DNA from: Candidatus Hydrogenedentota bacterium
GTDB lineage: Bacteria; Hydrogenedentota; Hydrogenedentia; Hydrogenedentales; SLHB01
Assembly: GCA_034408725.1 (NCBI GenBank)
Contig: JAWXCN010000264.1
Span: 1 to 12,662 of the forward strand
Reading direction: 5' to 3'
Length of the DNA: 12,662 nucleotides
In this document: positions 7,634-12,662 of the stretch, one piece after another
Numbering within the stretch: position 1 is the stretch's first letter
How the letters are laid out: every line of letters begins with the position of its first letter
Notes under the pieces: generated by a model
Databases searched by the model: none
What the model was told of the DNA's origin: nothing
What the model saw: only the letters and a program-made list of their open reading frames with translations
Position numbers and translations under genes: made by a program

Positions 7634-8607
7634 GTGAGTTGTCGTTGACGGTAGTGGTGCCGACGTGGAACAAGGTTGGTCTGCTTGCTGCGTGCCTTCA
7701 TTCCCTGGAGCTGCAATCATGCCCGCCAGATGCGATCATCGTGGTCGATGATAGATCGACCGAAGACGTCCAGGGCCGAATCGCCGCGGCGTTTCCGCGG
7801 GTTCGCGTGATCCGGCTTGAAGTCAACAGCGGTTTTTGCAGGGCCGTGAATACTGGCATGCGCGCTACCAGCGGCAGCCATGTGCTGCTGCTTAACAACG
7901 ACATGACGCTTGAGCGAGACTGCATCGAACGGCTTATGTACGCCGCCGAACGCAGTCCGGCAACGCTGCTGACGCCATTGGTGCTGTTTGAATCGCAGCG
8001 GGACGTTATTTACTCGGCGGGTGATCGAGTCAGGGTGGACGGGCGGCCGGAGAGCATTGGCCACCGGGTTTCCCGCGACGTGTTCACATTGCCATCACGG
8101 ATTTTTGGGGTCACCGGCGGCGCCGCGCTGATTCCGCGCGAAGTCTTTGACCACATCGGCTTGTTCGATGAGCGGTTCATCGCCTATTTTGAAGACGCGG
8201 ATTTCTGCATGCGGGCGCGGCTTGCTGGATTTGATGCGGCGCTTGTGCCGGATGCGATAGCCTATCACGTTGGTTCGGCCAGCCTCGGCGGCAAAACCTG
8301 GTGGCGTTCCCGGCAGTGTTTCCGGAACCATGCGCTGCTCGTCGCGAAGAATTTCCCGCGGCAGGTTTTGCTTCGCAATGGCGCCGCCATACTGCGGGAA
8401 TGTTTTCATCAGGCACGGATGCTCGTTTCTTCCGCGCGCTCTGAGTTCGGCATGCTGCGCGCATTGGGCATAATGGCTGGAACAATTGGCGACATGCTCG
8501 CGCTAGTACCACACGCAGCCCGTGAGCGGGCGCGTATTCAACGCACACGCTTAATCTCGCCAGAACGCGTTGCGGAACTGCTCTCACAAACCGGCGGCGA
8601 CGCATGA
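7630..8607 (+). CDS. Glycosyltransferase family 2 (GT-A fold, WbbL/RfbF-like), 325 aa
   Basis: ATGA overlap with the flippase stop. Motifs 'VVVPTWN', 'IIVVDDRS', 'NSGFCRAVN.G', 'LLNND', 'G.FDERF.AYFEDADF..RA..AG'. Confidence 0.92.
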   Translation: MSELSLTVVVPTWNKVGLLAACLHSLELQSCPPDAIIVVDDRSTEDVQGRIAAAFPRVRVIRLEVNSGFCRAVNTGMRATSGSHVLLLNNDMTLERDCIERLMYAAERSPATLLTPLVLFESQRDVIYSAGDRVRVDGRPESIGHRVSRDVFTLPSRIFGVTGGAALIPREVFDHIGLFDERFIAYFEDADFCMRARLAGFDAALVPDAIAYHVGSASLGGKTWWRSRQCFRNHALLVAKNFPRQVLLRNGAAILRECFHQARMLVSSARSEFGMLRALGIMAGTIGDMLALVPHAARERARIQRTRLISPERVAELLSQTGGDA

Positions 8608-10433
8608 AGTGGGCGCGGGAAACGCCGGTGGGGATATGGCTTCTGTGTGGCGCGTTCGCCATGCTCACACCTCTTACGCACGTCATGGTTCAGTATTGCG
8701 CGCCGCGTGACGTTGTGCCCACCGGCCTGCACAAACCGGATAGCGCAATATTTATTCATTCCATGAATATGTTTCAAACGGGGTTTCATTCGCCCTATGC
8801 GACGTGCAAATCGGCAATTGGCGCTTACTCGCCCGAATTCTTTCCCGCGCCCTTTCATTGGATGTATGGCATTGTAGGTGTGGTTGGAAAGTTTGTGGGC
8901 ATTGGTCCCTTTATGGCGCTCGGTATTGCGAACGGCGCTGGTGCGTTTTGTTTTCTATTGGCCGTTTATCATTTTTTCCGCGCGACTGTTCCCACTCGTT
9001 CGGGCATGGCTTTTATTTTCTATACCTGCAGCGGAGGGCTTGGCGGTCCGCTGTATATGCTTTGCGCGATGTTTGGCATCACGGACAGTTCAACTTTCCC
9101 CGCCCAGTTTTACCGGTTCGCAATTTATGATTTGGTGGAAGGTTCCAACCTTGCGTCATACCTGTTGTTTACCCGGCTCTACTACACCTTGCCGCTGGCG
9201 CTCGGGTTTGCGGGCCTAACAACCTTTATTGGGGCGCGATCTTTCAAATGTCCCTATCACCTGCTGTTTGCCTGGTTGCTTCTGTTTGCGGCGACATTCG
9301 TGAATCCGCGGTTTGCACCCGCGCTATGGATTATCGCATCGCTCCATGGGGCGCAATATGCGTCGAAGCCGATGCGCGAAGCGATACTTGCCGCTATTCC
9401 GATTGCGGGTGGAGGATTCGCGGCGATACTGTTCATGACGCGCAGCCCTTTATTCATCACGAACACCGGCGCATTGGTGCAGCAGGCGATGTGGCCGACA
9501 GCATTTCTTAGCGCGGGGTTCCCGCTGTTGCTGATCGCGGCGTTTGCCGTTGCGCGGAATGCCGCGAATGCGCGGCTTTCGATTCGTATTGTATGCGGTG
9601 GCGCAGCGGGCTATCTCGCGGCCTTTGCACTATTGTTTCTTGCACACCAGATTTATTATGGCTCGCTATTGCGCGGGACCGATCACGCCGCCGCCCTCGC
9701 CGTGTCCGACGCCGCGCTGCCCGGCGCGATTATCGGAGCGATTTTCGCCGCACGGAAACGCCCCACAACCAACTTTTCGGACGACGCGTGGTACCTCGCG
9801 TCCTTGCTGATATTCATCGCGTTGGCCGTGTCGGCCTTCGGGGGTGGATGGTTTCTTCAGTTTGCGCCGCAGCGCTTCATGATATTCATCGGGATCATAT
9901 TGAGTGTGGTCGCCGCGGAAGGGCTATACCAACTGCGTCGCGGCGCGCCGCGCGTGGCGATTGCGTGCATGGCAGTTTGGGGCGTGTGCAGCCTGTGTTC
10001 ATTCGCAGTGTCTGCGATGGTGTTTCAAGGCCCATTTGGAATGCGGCCCGGCCTCGCCTCCGATCTCGGCATGCGCACGGCGTATCTCACCAATGAAGAA
10101 TTCCGTTGCCTAAACGCCGCGCGCGCGGGCACGATGCTCGCGCCCGGTCCGATTAACGACATTCTTTCGCTGCGCGAAGGAATTGACGTACTGGGCGGAT
10201 TTGGCGCGGCAGATCTCTCGGATCAGCCGGCGGTGTTGCTGGACGCGGCGGTGGACGAATTTTATCAGGTCAGCATGTCCGCGGAAGCGCGCGCGCGTTT
10301 CGTAAAGGAATGGTGCTTAGACTATGTATTCGTGCCGGGGGCGCATCGGGAGCTTATCAACGAACTGGAAAGCCTGCCGAACTTCGCACTGATTGGTGTT
10401 GAAGGAAATGCCCGCCTCTATGAAGTGGAATAG
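8604..10433 (+). CDS. Polytopic membrane protein, probable GT-C-type glycosyltransferase/polymerase, 609 aa
   Basis: ATGA overlap with the GT2 gene. First loop has 'PD..IF...M....G', followed by many TM segments, 'PQRF', and a C-terminal soluble domain ending 'F..EW.LDYVFV....LYEV', a layout seen in GT-C-like proteins. Confidence 0.55.
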   Translation: MKWARETPVGIWLLCGAFAMLTPLTHVMVQYCAPRDVVPTGLHKPDSAIFIHSMNMFQTGFHSPYATCKSAIGAYSPEFFPAPFHWMYGIVGVVGKFVGIGPFMALGIANGAGAFCFLLAVYHFFRATVPTRSGMAFIFYTCSGGLGGPLYMLCAMFGITDSSTFPAQFYRFAIYDLVEGSNLASYLLFTRLYYTLPLALGFAGLTTFIGARSFKCPYHLLFAWLLLFAATFVNPRFAPALWIIASLHGAQYASKPMREAILAAIPIAGGGFAAILFMTRSPLFITNTGALVQQAMWPTAFLSAGFPLLLIAAFAVARNAANARLSIRIVCGGAAGYLAAFALLFLAHQIYYGSLLRGTDHAAALAVSDAALPGAIIGAIFAARKRPTTNFSDDAWYLASLLIFIALAVSAFGGGWFLQFAPQRFMIFIGIILSVVAAEGLYQLRRGAPRVAIACMAVWGVCSLCSFAVSAMVFQGPFGMRPGLASDLGMRTAYLTNEEFRCLNAARAGTMLAPGPINDILSLREGIDVLGGFGAADLSDQPAVLLDAAVDEFYQVSMSAEARARFVKEWCLDYVFVPGAHRELINELESLPNFALIGVEGNARLYEVE

Positions 10434-11401
10434 AGCGCCTTCAACTTGGCATCGAATTCCTCGACCTTCGCTTGCACCTGTTCTTCGGGAAGACCCGCGG
10501 GTATCGTCGGATGCTTGTGGCCCGTTGCGGTCAATAAACCGTCGCGCACGATCTCCATTCTCTCGCGCACGATTGCGTACGTGCCGAGCGCGAGACCTGG
10601 GACCTCATCCTGCGTCGCCGAATGCGATGCCCTGGCGTCGCCAAAATACTCGATGAGTTGTTGCGCCATGAACCAATGACCGGCATCATCGGGATGAATA
10701 CCATCGGGAGAGAAGGTAAAATCCGGGGTGATGGCGCGCCGCCGCGCAACTTCTCTTTGCATTGGTCCGTGTACGTCAATCACGTGCCAGCCGATTTCCC
10801 GTCGCGACACCAACCATTCGCTATAGCGGGTAAGCACCTCATCATAGCTTGCTTGCCTGTTCGATTCGGAAGCGTTGTCATAGAAAGCCGGAGTAATGAA
10901 AACGATCTGCGCGCCAGCTTTAGTGGCTGCGCCTTGTAGTTTCGTAATGCCATCTCTGTACCGCGCGAAGCGCCCTTCGTCAAACGGCTCGTAGATGCCG
11001 CAGTTCATGCCATAGCATGCGAAGACCAGGTCCGGCTTCACGTGTTCGAGCACGCGGTCCAGGCGTTCGTGTAGATTGGGCCGCTCAAAATCTCCGTTGG
11101 CGTGGCCCGCCTCGCTTAACCCGGAAACCGTTTCGCTGGGAAGGCCCGCGTTAAGGACGGTGCGGCCCGGCGCGCGGGTCCGCGTCAACAACCACGATTC
11201 GAACGCAGCAACGTAACGCCCGTCCCAGGTAATGCTGTCACCCAGGAACAGGATGCGTTGGGCATGATCAAGTGCAACCGGGTTTGCGGCAGTGGCGGGC
11301 TCGTTGCCGTCACACCCTGTGCTCATCGCAACAACAATGCAACTGGAGATAAACTTACAAAAACACCGCGGGCTCCGCCGAAGAAATGTGAAAAATGTCA
11401 T
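10418..11401 (-). CDS. SGNH/GDSL hydrolase family protein, probably exported/lipoprotein, ~327 aa
   Basis: Block I 'FLGDSIT', block II 'NAGLPSET', block III 'YGMN', block V 'DGIHP'. ATG at 11401 gives a basic/hydrophobic leader ending in 'STGC'. The start is uncertain (track gives 11500). Confidence 0.85.
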   Translation of the reverse strand: MTFFTFLRRSPRCFCKFISSCIVVAMSTGCDGNEPATAANPVALDHAQRILFLGDSITWDGRYVAAFESWLLTRTRAPGRTVLNAGLPSETVSGLSEAGHANGDFERPNLHERLDRVLEHVKPDLVFACYGMNCGIYEPFDEGRFARYRDGITKLQGAATKAGAQIVFITPAFYDNASESNRQASYDEVLTRYSEWLVSRREIGWHVIDVHGPMQREVARRRAITPDFTFSPDGIHPDDAGHWFMAQQLIEYFGDARASHSATQDEVPGLALGTYAIVRERMEIVRDGLLTATGHKHPTIPAGLPEEQVQAKVEEFDAKLKALYSTS

Positions 11402-11547
11402 GCAACGAAATCCAATCTGCTTCCACCGGCACGGTAGCATAACGCATGGGCAGTATGCTTTATTCTCCGCAATTGGAGTTCCTGCGCTGTCGTTGTACAC
11501 TCAATCCCAAACTTGGGCATTCCTTAATGGGGATAAGGGGGCTTTCC

Positions 11548-12662
11548 GTGTTCAAATGGTTTGCGCCAGCGCCGCATATCGAGCGATTGCCGGACGATGA
11601 AGTAAAGCGGGTCTACCCGCGCTTCCGCTGGCAGATTCTTGAATCCACTTTCCTCGGCTATGCGATGTATTACCTCGTGCGGAACAACGTCGGTATCGTC
11701 GCGAAGGATATGAAGGATACGCTGGGCTACGACGACGCGATGCTCGGCGATATTCTCGCAGCGACAGCCATCAGCTATGGAATCGGGAAATTCCTTATGG
11801 GGGCGTTGTCGGACCGCAGCAATCCGCGCGTGTTCATGGGAGTGGGATTGTTGCTGACGGCGTTGTGCAACTTCGCATTCGGCGCTTCGACCAGCTACAG
11901 CATGCACCTTTCGCTCTGGATTGTGAATGGACTCTTCCAGGGAATGGGGTGGCCACCGTGCGGACGGTCAATGGGCCATTGGTTCAGCGAGAAAGAACGC
12001 GGACTGACCTTCAGCATCTGGAACACCTCGCACAACGTCGGCGGAGGCATCGCGGGGGTACTCGCTGGCTACGCAGTGGAGTACACGGGCTATTGGCAAA
12101 ATGCATTCTTTGTCCCCGGCGTGTTGGCGGCAATCGGATCGCTGTATCTTTTGTGGCGTTTGCGCGACACGCCGCAATCAGTCGGTTTGCCGCCCATCGA
12201 GGAGTTCCGGGACGACTACACGGATACCGAGCGTATTCATGGGGTCAACGAAAGCAATCTGTCGTTCTACGACCTGTTTATTACAAACGTCCTCGCGCAC
12301 AAATGGATTTGGCTGCTCGCAATCGCGAACTTTTTCGCGTACATCACGCGCTACGCCATGATCGACTGGGGGCCGTTGTACCTGCAGGAGGTCAAGGGCG
12401 CGAAGGTGTCCGAAGGTGGCATCGGCGTTTTTCTGCTCGAATGGGGCGGGATTCCATCCACGATTTTTCTTGGCTGGATATCCGACAAACTTGGCGGCCG
12501 GCGCGGCATGATTGCCGCGTTGTGCATGCTGCCGATCATCGCTGCATATGCAATAATATATTTAATCCCTCCGGGATATCTTGCGTTGGATATGTTGATG
12601 TTGATTGTCATTGGCTTCTTTATCTATCCCGTAATCAACCTCATCACGATCATGGCGCTCGA
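11548..12662 (+). CDS. glpT: Glycerol-3-phosphate/phosphoglycerate:Pi antiporter family MFS transporter (OPA family), 3'-truncated
   Basis: Absent from the ORF track because there is no stop in the window. From GTG 11548 (AAGGGG upstream) it reads MFKWFAPAPHIERLPDDEVKRVYPRFRWQILESTFLGYAMYYLVRNN...YGIGKFLMGALSDRSNPR...QGMGWPPCGR...WNTSHNVGG, closely matching GlpT/PgtP motifs. The glpT symbol is a best guess within the family. Confidence 0.88.
   Translation, partial: MFKWFAPAPHIERLPDDEVKRVYPRFRWQILESTFLGYAMYYLVRNNVGIVAKDMKDTLGYDDAMLGDILAATAISYGIGKFLMGALSDRSNPRVFMGVGLLLTALCNFAFGASTSYSMHLSLWIVNGLFQGMGWPPCGRSMGHWFSEKERGLTFSIWNTSHNVGGGIAGVLAGYAVEYTGYWQNAFFVPGVLAAIGSLYLLWRLRDTPQSVGLPPIEEFRDDYTDTERIHGVNESNLSFYDLFITNVLAHKWIWLLAIANFFAYITRYAMIDWGPLYLQEVKGAKVSEGGIGVFLLEWGGIPSTIFLGWISDKLGGRRGMIAALCMLPIIAAYAIIYLIPPGYLALDMLMLIVIGFFIYPVINLITIMAL

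Noticed and set aside
11524-12611. Small ORFs listed in the track over the last 1.1 kb
   Set aside because: The region is explained by the GlpT-family frame starting at 11548, which the track omitted because it has no stop in the window.

Overview
GC-rich bacterial window in three blocks. (1) Bases 1-4130 hold the 3' end of a compact, co-oriented phage-like structural module: a head-tail adaptor-like gene (5'-truncated), distal tail (Dit)-like gene, baseplate hub/Tal-like gene, short baseplate/tail-fibre anchor gene and LL-H-type holin-like gene, closed by a strong intrinsic terminator. No tail tube, tail terminator or tape-measure gene lies between the adaptor and Dit, and no endolysin, integrase or att site is visible. 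A ~330-bp spacer before the holin holds a purine-rich 7/8-mer tandem array and nested inverted repeats. (2) Bases 4186-10433 are an overlapping four-gene surface-glycosylation operon: GT-C-like, Wzx-like flippase, GT2 and a second GT-C-like membrane protein. (3) A convergent SGNH/GDSL hydrolase and a divergent GlpT-family MFS transporter that runs off the window. The most notable observation is the reduced but apparently intact phage-derived module, which may be a domesticated (GTA-like or short-tailed) element. All protein calls come from motif recognition by eye, not from database searches.
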